DNA of 64,000 nt from an uncultured Cellvibrionales bacterium (GTDB lineage Bacteria > Pseudomonadota > Gammaproteobacteria > Pseudomonadales > Cellvibrionaceae). The notes beneath the pieces are model-generated. The model did no database searches, was not told where the DNA came from, and saw only the letters and a program-made list of their open reading frames with translations. Of this stretch, positions 51,788 through 61,811 are shown one piece after another (position 1 is the first letter of the stretch; each line of letters starts with the position of its first letter). The translations under genes and the position numbers were made by a program. The stretch is taken from assembly GCA_913050115.1 (NCBI GenBank), contig CAJWZU010000001.1, forward strand, positions 17,527 through 81,526, given 5' to 3'.

Positions 51788-53713
51788 ATGACAGTCAGTC
51801 CGTGGACAATTGCCGAAAACGCATCTTTTAATGTATTTGCTAACAGCTACTTAGCTGAAGTTGATAGTGGCTGCATAATTAAAGGTAGCGCGGGTAACGA
51901 AAGCATCCTCTTACAGCTTCAAAATTCAGAGCAGCTGCTTCGTATTGAACTCATTCAAGCCTCTTGTTTTGGGCCCAGTAAACTGGGAGAAGCCTTCTCC
52001 TGTAGAACACCCGATAATTTCAGCCATACCCCTAGCACCACAGAATATTCATCGCTGCAGTGGAGGCAAGCCGATAAACTATTTCTAATCTCACTTTTAG
52101 TAAGAGAGATCTATGCTAAGCAAGCAGAGCGCCTCAAGAATAACGCGAGCCTTAGTAAAATTGAGCAAGGATCCCTTGCTAATGGACAAATAAAGGCCAA
52201 AGAAAGCGAGCTATTGATGCGTATACATGAAAGCTATCAAGCAATGGCCACTTATCTTGAAGCTAGACAAGGCGATAGCACACTCTCTTCTTTATCGTTT
52301 ATTCAGAGCGAACAAAATATTTTATTTGGCCACTGGTTACATCCCACACCAAAAAGTAAATTGGGACTAGCATTCTGGCAACAGGCTCACTATTCACCGG
52401 AACTTAAAGGACATTTTGCCCTTCACTATTTTGCAGTTGATCAAAGCATTGTTACTCAAGCGAGCCTATTTGAAAAGAGTACAAGCGATCTCATATATGA
52501 CGATCTAGCACCCTTTTTAACATCTGATGAGAAGCGAAAAGTCGATGCATTAGTCGACTCTGGCTGCGCACTGATACCCGCTCACCCTACACAAGCTCAC
52601 TATTTACTCCTGCAAGGTGAAATACGTACACTTATGAGTCGTAGTAAAATTCACTATTTAGGTGAATTGGGCTCTGAGCACACGGCAACCTCTTCGGTTA
52701 GAACCCTCTATGCTGAACACTTACCTTGGATGTATAAGTTTTCTATACCTGTGAAAATTACCAATTCACTTCGTAGCAATTTTAAAGATGAGCTTGAAGA
52801 TGGTATGGCAGTGGAGCTGTTTCTAAGAGAAAAAGGCTTCTTTGAACAACATCCGCGTTTCAAAATGCTTGAAGACCCAGCCTATATAACAGTAAATTTA
52901 CCCAGTAATCCCGAACTTGAATCTGGTTTTGAAACTATCTTGCGACGTAATTTTCTGTATCAATCAACCGAGGCCAATAGCACTTGCTCAATTTTAGCTT
53001 TGGTTCAAGAGCCTGTTGAACTTAACTCAAATGGCGAAGGTAAAAGCGCGCTAAATAAGCTTATTATTGAACTCGCGGAAAGAGATCAGCAGACAACCGA
53101 GACAACCGCATTAAAGTGGTTTGAAGCGTACTTTAAATGCTCTGTCGAGCCTCTACTCAGTCTTTATGATGATTATGGTATTGCTCTGGAAGCACATCAG
53201 CAAAACAGTCTATTAGATCTAGAATCTGGATATCCAAAAGCATACTATTATCGAGATAATCAGGGTTTTTATGTATCGACACGTTATCAAGAAACCTTCG
53301 ATTTTATTGACTCAATGAGAACTATGTCGGATCTCATCTATGATGATGAAAATATATTTGAAGCATTCTCATATTATGTATTTATCAACCAATGCTTTGC
53401 TGTGATGCATAGGCTCTCAATTGACAATCTCATATCGGAAGAAACTTTAAAAAATTGGCTGATAGAAAGATTACTCGTTTTACAATCACAATTTAATGGT
53501 ATTGCTAAGCTATATATCACCCATATTCTTGCACAGCCTAAAATTGCATTTAAAACTAATTTGTTAACCAGAGTATTAGATATAGATGAATGTTCTTCAG
53601 ACTTAGAAATGGATGTATATGGAACAATTAATAATCCAATTTTTGTTAAATCATTAACTGACAAAGTCGATTCAAAAGATCTATCTGCTAATGAAGTTGA
53701 GTCTATCAGCTAA
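51788..53713 (+). CDS. IucA/IucC-family NIS synthetase
   Basis: 641 aa with family blocks LFGHWLHPTPKSKLG and ALEAHQQNSLLDL. Transcribed divergently from the other synthetase. Confidence 0.88.
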   Translation: MTVSPWTIAENASFNVFANSYLAEVDSGCIIKGSAGNESILLQLQNSEQLLRIELIQASCFGPSKLGEAFSCRTPDNFSHTPSTTEYSSLQWRQADKLFLISLLVREIYAKQAERLKNNASLSKIEQGSLANGQIKAKESELLMRIHESYQAMATYLEARQGDSTLSSLSFIQSEQNILFGHWLHPTPKSKLGLAFWQQAHYSPELKGHFALHYFAVDQSIVTQASLFEKSTSDLIYDDLAPFLTSDEKRKVDALVDSGCALIPAHPTQAHYLLLQGEIRTLMSRSKIHYLGELGSEHTATSSVRTLYAEHLPWMYKFSIPVKITNSLRSNFKDELEDGMAVELFLREKGFFEQHPRFKMLEDPAYITVNLPSNPELESGFETILRRNFLYQSTEANSTCSILALVQEPVELNSNGEGKSALNKLIIELAERDQQTTETTALKWFEAYFKCSVEPLLSLYDDYGIALEAHQQNSLLDLESGYPKAYYYRDNQGFYVSTRYQETFDFIDSMRTMSDLIYDDENIFEAFSYYVFINQCFAVMHRLSIDNLISEETLKNWLIERLLVLQSQFNGIAKLYITHILAQPKIAFKTNLLTRVLDIDECSSDLEMDVYGTINNPIFVKSLTDKVDSKDLSANEVESIS

Positions 53714-53857
53714 GTAACAACATGTTTATAATGGCCGCTAAATTAATAAAGTAAAAATTGACTAATATTTTAAGCTTTATCAATTATTGGTAATGACATT
53801 AGTAGTTATTTTATTTTTTATGAGAAAGCTATTTAAATATTTATAACTTTAAACGGC

Positions 53858-53888
53858 GCTGATTGATGCAATCAGTCATATTTTTTTC
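53858..53888 (+). terminator. Probable rho-independent terminator after the plus-strand NIS synthetase
   Basis: gctgattg-atg-caatcagt stem followed by cata plus a T7 run. Confidence 0.5.
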
Positions 53889-54350
53889 CGATAAAATATT
53901 TATTTCATAACCGACTTTACTATGCCGAGAATTCAAGCGGCTTTTCGAAGTAATCTTTAGCTGTACTACCATGAATGGGGCGTACACTCACAACCCGTTT
54001 TTGACCTCAAGGATTACGGATTAATTTATTATCTAACTTAAACTGGTAATGCTTTTTATATCGAGCTGACGCCTCTTTTACAGATTTAGTATAACATTAC
54101 GTCAAAGCGTTGAGCTTGCCTTAATATATTGGCTAATAGACAACATATTTAAAATAATTACCCAGCAGCTATATATATTGCACTTTATCAATTCGATCCA
54201 GAGTCATCTGGTTAAAATAAATATAGGCTTCAGTTAACCGCTGATATAGCCGTTGCTATTAGGGTAAACCTTATTTATAAATAACTTCTTATATATACTA
54301 ACTAATCGAATTTATTAGAGTCTATATTAGGCGACTAGCTTTCTAGAAAA

Positions 54351-55742
54351 TTATTCTTCGGGTGGAGTAAGGCGTCGTGGGCTATACATATAAAACAATA
54401 CCATAGCAATTATGAACGTTAGTCCTTCAGCTATAGGAATGGCATACAAATAATTATTATCATCGAAAATAATATAAAATAGCAACACTAAGCCTATGGG
54501 TAAAAACAAAGAACGCAAGCTTGCAATAACCGAAGACTGTAATGCCAATTCAGCTGATGTTAAGTAAGCACTGGCTAACACATTAAAGCCACTAAACAAA
54601 AATATTGGCCAAACAATATGAATAAAATCGAGCGTTAGAGCTTGGGTTTTTGTCGCTCCATCCTCGAGAAAAAAGTTTACTAACGTTTCTTCAAAAGAAA
54701 ATAATATACAGATCTGAACAACAGTCAATGTTGCGATACAAGCACCAGCCATTTGCATGAACTTAACGACACGTTCGATTTTATGCGCACCAAAATTTTG
54801 TCCTAATAACACATGCATAGAATCCACTATCCCGTAATAAACCATTAAACTTATATAAATAAAATAATTTATCACACTAAATGCAGCAATACCTTGTATG
54901 CCACTTTGGAGATTGATAACCCAGTGAAAAACTAAGATAACAAAACCTATAGAAGTTTCATTTATAAATTCTGAGAATCCATTACAGCCAGACTGTACTA
55001 ATGTTTTAAAGTTAAATTTTGGCCAGTATAATTTCAAATTAGTATTAGGTATTTTGAAATAACGAAAAATATATAATAATTGCACAACCTCAGCACAGAG
55101 CGTTGCCCATGCAGCTGCTTGAATACCATAGCCCAAGTAGCCTATAAACAAAGTATTTAAACAAATATTAGTTATAGCACCAAGTATAAGAGCTTTCATT
55201 CCATGTTGAGGTTTATTATCTGCTCTAAAAAAATAATAACAAACAAGCCCACAAAGCTGAATAACAATGGCAGGTGCAAGAACCACGAAATATTGGTTCA
55301 TCAAATCGAATAGGGACCGATCAGCTCCTAAGCCGATAAATAAACTGTCACTAAAATACAACGAAATAGGTAACGCAATTAAATTAAAAGCCAATACTGA
55401 AAAAAATACCTGGCTGTAAATATTCGATGCGGTTTTAACGTCACGTTTTCCTATAGCAATACTCGCTTTGACTGAGCCACCGACGGCTAACATAAGTGCC
55501 AGACCAAATAATAGCCCAAAATATGGCACTAATAAGTTGACCGAAGCGAGGGCTTCCTCACCAATATATTTACCTACAAAAAATCCGTCAACAACAGCAG
55601 CAGTTGAAATAGCGAGCAAACTCAACGTTGAAGGAATGACAAATTTAAAAAAAGTCGAAACCACTGGTCCATCGACAGCGTCAACATCAATAATTTCGCC
55701 ATAGTCATTATATTGGATTTCTATGTTTTTCTGTTCAGACAT
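54351..55742 (-). CDS. MATE family efflux transporter
   Basis: 463 aa, about 12 TM segments with a MATE-like layout. Last gene of the MFP-RND-MATE operon, 14 nt after the RND gene. Confidence 0.8.
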   Translation of the reverse strand: MSEQKNIEIQYNDYGEIIDVDAVDGPVVSTFFKFVIPSTLSLLAISTAAVVDGFFVGKYIGEEALASVNLLVPYFGLLFGLALMLAVGGSVKASIAIGKRDVKTASNIYSQVFFSVLAFNLIALPISLYFSDSLFIGLGADRSLFDLMNQYFVVLAPAIVIQLCGLVCYYFFRADNKPQHGMKALILGAITNICLNTLFIGYLGYGIQAAAWATLCAEVVQLLYIFRYFKIPNTNLKLYWPKFNFKTLVQSGCNGFSEFINETSIGFVILVFHWVINLQSGIQGIAAFSVINYFIYISLMVYYGIVDSMHVLLGQNFGAHKIERVVKFMQMAGACIATLTVVQICILFSFEETLVNFFLEDGATKTQALTLDFIHIVWPIFLFSGFNVLASAYLTSAELALQSSVIASLRSLFLPIGLVLLFYIIFDDNNYLYAIPIAEGLTFIIAMVLFYMYSPRRLTPPEE

Positions 55743-55756
55743 AATATAGCTCTTTA

Positions 55757-58700
55757 CTAATAATCATTTTGTTTCATTACTTTGTTAGTATTTGAAGCAA
55801 TAAGTATATAGAGGTGGGGTAGTAGAAATAAGGTAAGAAAAGTGCCGACTGCCATGCCGGCTACAAGGATAATACCTATACTATTTCTTGCTTCGGCACC
55901 TGCTCCTGTGACTAGCACTAACGGAATATGACCTAACACAGTGGCTAATGTAGTCATTAATATAGGGCGAAATCGAAATCTGGCAGCTTCTGTAATAGCT
56001 TCAAGTTTTGCTACTCCTTTTTCTTGTAGCTCATGTGCAAACTCGGTCATTAAAATTCCATTTTTCGCGATCAGGCCAACAAGTGTAATTAAACCTATCT
56101 GAGCGTAGAGGTTAATACTACTGAAACCTAGAAAGGTGAACAGAAGGGCTGAGCTTAAGGCCAGCGGTACACTGCCTAGCAACACAACCAACGGAAGACG
56201 CACATTATTAAATTGTATTGCTAGAGCTAAATATACAATTACAAGTGCTGCAGCTAAAACATTAAGCAAGCTGTTACTTTCTTGTTTGACCTGACGAGAT
56301 ATACCTGCATAATTTATTGCATAGCTTTCGGGCAATATGCTGCGAGCGATAGATTCTATTTTTTCAAGCGCGTCGGCCTGTGTACCGTGCGGAAGCACAC
56401 CACCCGATATAGTAAAACTTGCTTGCTGATTGAACCGCCTAATGACGCGAGGTGATACTACACTTTTTATTCTTGCCAAATTTCTAAGCGGTATTAATAC
56501 ACCGCCACGAATTTCAATGGGTACATCTAATAGCTGGCTGCTGAAGGATTTATCGGAGTCTTGTAACGTTGGGATTACCCTTAAAGCTCTAGCATCACCG
56601 GCTTGCTTACTACCATTAAAACGATTAATACTTTGTTCGCTAAGCATTAATGCAAGCTGCTCTGAAACAGAAGCAACTGTCATATTAAATTCAGCAAGCT
56701 TATCATGATCAAATACAATACTTGCTTGGGGAAGATTCACTTCAAGATCAGTAAATGCATACATGAAAAGACCTGTTTCATAAGCACTGTCTACCAACTC
56801 TCTTGCATAGCTTAACATTGATGCATAGTCATCATCGGCTGTAACAACCATCTCAACATCAAAATAACCAGCTGTAGGCAGAGATGGAGGTAGTGTAGGA
56901 AATGCTTTTAGACCTGAAATGTTTGCCAGCGATGAATAAACTTCGCTGATTTTATCATGTACGGTGTAATCACGTTCACTGGAATCTAATAATTCTATGC
57001 CGCCGAAACCGCCATTATGGCTGATAACCTGCCACATTTTTTGATAGCCATCTATTGTGGATACACTATCAATGACGTCATCCATATAACGATGCACATA
57101 GCTTATAGAAGTATCTGGTGCTGCTTCAATGATAACTTCTATACTGTTTTGATCTTCAATCGGCGCAAGTTGTTTGCTTGAAAAAAAGTAAAAGGGAAAA
57201 CACAATAAAGATAGAACTAAGCCAATACAAATAGCTTGGGGTTTTATAGAATAGCTTTTTCTTAGAAATTCTATATATTTAAAGTTAGCTTTATCAAAAA
57301 TAGCTAGTATTTTTTTTTGATATGATGATTTTTTTGATGAGCCACCTTTAAATATAAATGCACTTATTACAGGTGATAGTGTAAGAGCGACAATACCAGA
57401 CATTATGACAGCTATAGATAACGTAAAAGCGAACTCTGAAAATAAGCTACCGGTTAAGCCACTGACAAAGCCTAGTGGCACATAGACAGCAGCAAGTGTA
57501 AATGTCATTGCAATAATCGGGCTTAACAGCCTTTTGCTAGCAAGCTTTGCCGCTTGAATAGGTGATTTTCCTTCGTTGATGAGCCTAGCCACATATTCAA
57601 CCACAACAATTGCGTCATCAACTACCAATCCAACTGACAGTACAATAGCCAGTATGGTTAATAAATTTAATGAGAAGCCCATCATTTGCATAGCAGCAAT
57701 AGCGCCTAGTATAGAGATAGGAATAGCCATGAGTGGCACTAAAGCGCTGCGAAGTGAACCCATCATCAGCACAACTACGATACTAACAAGAACAACAGTT
57801 TCAATAAGTGTGATGAAAATTTCTTTTAATGCTGAACGCATATAAAGCGTACCGTCGTAACCTGCTTCAATGGTTAAACCCTCAGGGAGTTGTGGCTTTA
57901 TTTTTTCAAGTTGTTTATACAATGCGTCGCCGATTTCAATTTCATTACTGCCCGGCTCTGGCCATATAGAAATATAAATAACTCGATCTTTATTGAAACG
58001 AGCATCGATTAGTCCAGTCTCTTCACCCAGAAAAACTTTGGCCACTTGCTGTAAGTGTATTTGATTACTCGTGTTTTTATCATCAGATTTTATGATCATA
58101 TTTTCAAAATCTGAGACACTAGAAAAAATGGTATTACCCATGATCTGCATTTGTTGTTGATTATTTTCTGTTTTACCGAAACCTGTTAAAATATTATTGC
58201 GCGCCAGAGCTCGCTTAACATCGAGTGCGCTAACATTCATGGCAAACATTTTATGGCTATCGAGTTGAATCCGCATAGCAGGAAGTCGCCCACCTTCAAA
58301 ACCAACCTCTTGCACACCAGTAATACTAGTAAGCTTTGGTACAATTTTCTGATTTAAGAAGTCGGTAAGCTCATTACGTGGCATAGTCTTAGTACGAGCA
58401 TCAAGATAGAACAACGCCGCTTGCCTATCTGCACGTCTCAACTCAACGACAGGGTCTTCGGCATGATCTGGAAGTTCATAGGTTATTTGGCTAAGTTTGG
58501 TATTAAGTTCTGTAAGTGCCCTATTAGAATCTTCGTCGATTTTAAGCCAAGCAGTGATGGTGCTTTGACCTGCTGTACTGTCAGAATCGATGTAATCTAT
58601 GCCAGCAATAGTCATGACTACTTTCTCAATTGGAGCTGTTACAAATCCCTTAACGATTTGTGCTGAGCTTCCCGGAACATGAGTATTTATAACTAAAGCA

Positions 58701-58819
58701 CTTGAATTAATTTTTGGGAATTGCAAAATAGGTATATTTTTTATCGCAACTAGACCTGCCAAGCATAGAATAGCTGAAAGAGTAAAAGCAATTAAAGGTC
58801 GGTTTACAAATAAAGTCAT
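55757..58819 (-). CDS. RND efflux permease (AcrB/HAE-type)
   Basis: 1020 aa with a typical RND N-terminus (FVNRPLIAF...), two large periplasmic loops and 12 TM segments. Confidence 0.9.
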   Translation of the reverse strand: MTLFVNRPLIAFTLSAILCLAGLVAIKNIPILQFPKINSSALVINTHVPGSSAQIVKGFVTAPIEKVVMTIAGIDYIDSDSTAGQSTITAWLKIDEDSNRALTELNTKLSQITYELPDHAEDPVVELRRADRQAALFYLDARTKTMPRNELTDFLNQKIVPKLTSITGVQEVGFEGGRLPAMRIQLDSHKMFAMNVSALDVKRALARNNILTGFGKTENNQQQMQIMGNTIFSSVSDFENMIIKSDDKNTSNQIHLQQVAKVFLGEETGLIDARFNKDRVIYISIWPEPGSNEIEIGDALYKQLEKIKPQLPEGLTIEAGYDGTLYMRSALKEIFITLIETVVLVSIVVVLMMGSLRSALVPLMAIPISILGAIAAMQMMGFSLNLLTILAIVLSVGLVVDDAIVVVEYVARLINEGKSPIQAAKLASKRLLSPIIAMTFTLAAVYVPLGFVSGLTGSLFSEFAFTLSIAVIMSGIVALTLSPVISAFIFKGGSSKKSSYQKKILAIFDKANFKYIEFLRKSYSIKPQAICIGLVLSLLCFPFYFFSSKQLAPIEDQNSIEVIIEAAPDTSISYVHRYMDDVIDSVSTIDGYQKMWQVISHNGGFGGIELLDSSERDYTVHDKISEVYSSLANISGLKAFPTLPPSLPTAGYFDVEMVVTADDDYASMLSYARELVDSAYETGLFMYAFTDLEVNLPQASIVFDHDKLAEFNMTVASVSEQLALMLSEQSINRFNGSKQAGDARALRVIPTLQDSDKSFSSQLLDVPIEIRGGVLIPLRNLARIKSVVSPRVIRRFNQQASFTISGGVLPHGTQADALEKIESIARSILPESYAINYAGISRQVKQESNSLLNVLAAALVIVYLALAIQFNNVRLPLVVLLGSVPLALSSALLFTFLGFSSINLYAQIGLITLVGLIAKNGILMTEFAHELQEKGVAKLEAITEAARFRFRPILMTTLATVLGHIPLVLVTGAGAEARNSIGIILVAGMAVGTFLTLFLLPHLYILIASNTNKVMKQNDY

Positions 58820-58828
58820 GATCTCTGC

Positions 58829-59995
58829 TTACTTTCTGTCATTTATAGGTGGTGTAGTTTTAGTTAGCACTTCAGGATAGAGCTTAAACGCACCATCTGC
58901 TGCGATCAGCATTGACTTCGGCGTGTCATCGATAAATTTAATTTTTGTCATTTTTTCTTTTTTATCTAAAACTTCTACGAACTTTTCTCTTGCTCGAAAT
59001 TCTCTTAACGTTTTTGGATGGTTTTCAATCTTCATATAACTACTATCATTTTTCTGATATTTATTGTCAGAAATCAATGTGAAAACATAACTACCTTGCA
59101 GTGAATATAAAATACTTGTACTTGGAACTTGCCAAACTTCTTTTATATTATTAGTGTTTTTTCGAATGATCGCTACTTCAACGGATGACCCTATAGCTAA
59201 TGACGAAAGGCTACTGCTTTGAACCACGTTAAATGCTGCGCGATAGTGTCTACTTTTATTGCTTTCATCAAGGCTCTTACTACTCGCCATAATTTTAGCT
59301 GTAAACGGTTTTTTAGTGGTAGCTAGAAAAAAGTCTATTGAACTATTTATAGACAAAATCGGTATATTTTGAGGTAGATAAAAATCTATCCAACGTTCTT
59401 GAGTTTTGCCAGTGAGTTCAGTGATAAATTGATTGGCGCTTAAAATTTGTCCGTTATGAAAGTGCTGCACACCAGTAGCACCAGCAAACGGAGCCTGGAT
59501 ATTTTTTTTACGGATTATAGAGTTCAATTGTGCTATTTCGGCCTCGGTATTGTCTAAATTCACCAATGCTCGGTCTACATCTTCTTGACTCACCGCCCTG
59601 GTCCTCAATAGACGCTGATTTCTTATGAGTAAGGTTTTGGCTAGTTGTAGTCGTGATTTGGTAGCTTTTAATAGCGCATCTTCTTCGCTACTATCTTGCT
59701 GTATAAGTAATTGATTTTTTTTAACGGAGCTACCTGAAGTAAAGCCTACCTTGACAATTCTACCCTCGAGCTCGGAGATTACATTTAATTGTTCTGGCGA
59801 TACAATTTTACCTACCACCTTTATAGAGGGTGAGTATTCACTAGATACCAACCAAGCTGATTCGACAGTTTCGCTATGCTCGGGTAATGATTCTACAGAG
59901 TCGATGGATTGCTTGATTTGATAAGCCTTTATGCCTACCAATATTAAAATGACCAAGCCAAGAATTGTTAGAGTTTTAATCCATTGCATTTTCAT
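58829..59995 (-). CDS. RND membrane-fusion (periplasmic adaptor) protein
   Basis: 388 aa with an N-terminal anchor, a coiled-coil hairpin region and an APFAG motif. Located 9 nt upstream of the RND gene. Confidence 0.85.
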   Translation of the reverse strand: MKMQWIKTLTILGLVILILVGIKAYQIKQSIDSVESLPEHSETVESAWLVSSEYSPSIKVVGKIVSPEQLNVISELEGRIVKVGFTSGSSVKKNQLLIQQDSSEEDALLKATKSRLQLAKTLLIRNQRLLRTRAVSQEDVDRALVNLDNTEAEIAQLNSIIRKKNIQAPFAGATGVQHFHNGQILSANQFITELTGKTQERWIDFYLPQNIPILSINSSIDFFLATTKKPFTAKIMASSKSLDESNKSRHYRAAFNVVQSSSLSSLAIGSSVEVAIIRKNTNNIKEVWQVPSTSILYSLQGSYVFTLISDNKYQKNDSSYMKIENHPKTLREFRAREKFVEVLDKKEKMTKIKFIDDTPKSMLIAADGAFKLYPEVLTKTTPPINDRK

Positions 59996-60303
59996 GTTAT
60001 GTCACTTTATAGATAGTTAGGTAGAGAGTCTTTTAGGCACTATCTATTACTTATTGAACATCTGAGTATTTATTTGAATTAGGTAAATAATGCTGGATGC
60101 CAACGCAATTGAACGTGGAGTAAATTTCTTTGAACAAAGAATTAGTCTATCGTCATAAAAAACATCAGATGCGAATTATTATTATTTGACGATAAAAAAA
60201 CAGCATATTTACATATGTTACATATAAGTGAGCATGTCTATCAGCAAGCAATGGTTCTTATCGTAAACGTTAACGTAATATTCACTCTAGCGGTGTGGCG
60301 ATA

Positions 60304-61197
60304 CTACCAACTCTGCGCAATCAATTTTTTCGAGAAGGCCTGTAATGCCTTGCCTTTACTAGTGATATTCCAAGCGATATAGTTTGTGTCTCCAGCTGAA
60401 TACAGATTTAACTTGATCAGTTGTCCCCGTTGCAAGTGCCCTTGAATCCTGTAAGTGGGTAAGTGCCCAATACCCAGCCCTGCCACGATAGCCTCAAGCT
60501 TTTGATCAATGGTCTGCACATAGAGTATTTGTCGTCCGCCGCTAAGCCCAGCACTGCGGGCAATATCGACAGTAGATGTATCGTGACTGACCACGCGGCG
60601 AATTTTATTCAGCGCTGTAGCAATGGCTTTTGCATCTCCGGCTAATTTTGACAGCGGGTGGTGTTTAGCAATAACCGGCAGCATGCCGCCGCCAGTAATA
60701 GGCACCGATCTGAATCCCTTTTGTAGCGGCACAGGCCCTGGGCAACCGACCACCAAATCAACATCGCCCCGCTCCAATGCCTCCCAGCCGCCACTGAGAA
60801 CACTTTCACATACATCAACCTCCAGTGTTGGGTGAGCGGCTAGAAATTCGTTAAGCGTCTCAAAAAATCGCGAAAAGTTTACCGTTGACTCTAGTGCAAT
60901 CCGCAGCCTCGGCTCCCAGCCGTTAGCCAATTCGCGAGCCCTGTCGACCAGCAGTGTACTGGCAGCAAGAATCTTGCGACCCTCATCGAGCACCAGCCGG
61001 CCGGCTGGTGTCAGGACCGATCGGCGTCCCTGACGTTGAAAAATACCTATGCCCAACTGCTCTTCCAACTTTTGGGTGGCATAGGACAGTGCCGAAGTGG
61101 CTTTATTCAGCTCTTCTGCCGCTTTGGCGAAACTTCCGCGTCTGTCGATGGCGTCGAGAATCTCTAGCACTTCGAGAGTTATTGGATTCTGCTTCAT
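60304..61197 (-). CDS. LysR-family transcriptional regulator
   Basis: 297 aa with an N-terminal HTH (FAKAAEELNKATSALSYATQKLE) and a LysR substrate-binding domain. Divergent from the DoxX-yqjG-pirin genes. Confidence 0.9.
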   Translation of the reverse strand: MKQNPITLEVLEILDAIDRRGSFAKAAEELNKATSALSYATQKLEEQLGIGIFQRQGRRSVLTPAGRLVLDEGRKILAASTLLVDRARELANGWEPRLRIALESTVNFSRFFETLNEFLAAHPTLEVDVCESVLSGGWEALERGDVDLVVGCPGPVPLQKGFRSVPITGGGMLPVIAKHHPLSKLAGDAKAIATALNKIRRVVSHDTSTVDIARSAGLSGGRQILYVQTIDQKLEAIVAGLGIGHLPTYRIQGHLQRGQLIKLNLYSAGDTNYIAWNITSKGKALQAFSKKLIAQSW

Positions 61198-61329
61198 GTA
61201 AAACCGCCATTATATTGTTCTAAAAATCAGATCATTTTAATCATAATTAAGCCCTTATTCAATTTTCTGAAAGCGCTAATATGAACACATACAAAAACAC
61301 AAACGCAAACAAGCGCAGAGGAAATCAAC

Positions 61330-61782
61330 ATGATTAACCCATATAACAAGATTTTAGAGACATCGTCTGGACTGGACACCTTGCCATTACGAGCAGCAGC
61401 GGGAGGTATATTTTTGGCCCACGGTGCACAGAAGCTTTTTGGCTGGTTCGGCGGCTATGGTATTGAAGGCACCGCTGGTTGGATGGCCTCGATAGGCCTA
61501 GAGCCAAGCGTGTTGCTGGCTGTTCTAACCGGCAGTGTCGAGTTCTTTGGCGGTCTGTTATTAATACTAGGCCTGTTAGTGCGCCCAACCTCTTTAGTGT
61601 TGGCCTTCACCATGCTAGTAGCCATATTTACTGTGCACATCAGCAATGGTTTATTTATGAGTAATAACGGCTATGAATTTGCCCTCGCGTTACTAGCGAT
61701 TAGTACCGGATTGTTCATTCGCGGCGCAGGCAGTATCAGTCTCGATCGCGCCTTGGAGAAGAAGTTAGCCACACAATTTTAA
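61330..61782 (+). CDS. DoxX family membrane protein
   Basis: 150 aa with 4 TM segments and the GGIFLAHGAQKLFGWFGG motif. Confidence 0.85.
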   Translation: MINPYNKILETSSGLDTLPLRAAAGGIFLAHGAQKLFGWFGGYGIEGTAGWMASIGLEPSVLLAVLTGSVEFFGGLLLILGLLVRPTSLVLAFTMLVAIFTVHISNGLFMSNNGYEFALALLAISTGLFIRGAGSISLDRALEKKLATQF

Positions 61783-61811
61783 CCAGCTTGTAACGCTAAA
61801 GGAGATTTATC

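Larger units (their letters stand above)
39830..60300. other. AT-richer accessory island (photolyase operon, NIS/polyamine cluster, efflux operon)
   Basis: Composition drops visibly right after rlmJ, from about 50% to high-30s % GC by eye. It recovers inside the LysR gene at about 60.3 kb. No integrase, transposase, tRNA or flanking direct repeat was found in the window. Confidence 0.55.

Noticed and set aside
53714-54350. Possible gene remnant or mobile-element scar in the 640-bp AT-rich gap between the NIS synthetase and the MATE gene
   Set aside because: Only short stop-interrupted frames are present, and I saw no inverted terminal repeats or recognisable transposase or integrase fragments. 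A terminator-like hairpin at 53858-53888 is the only feature I can support.
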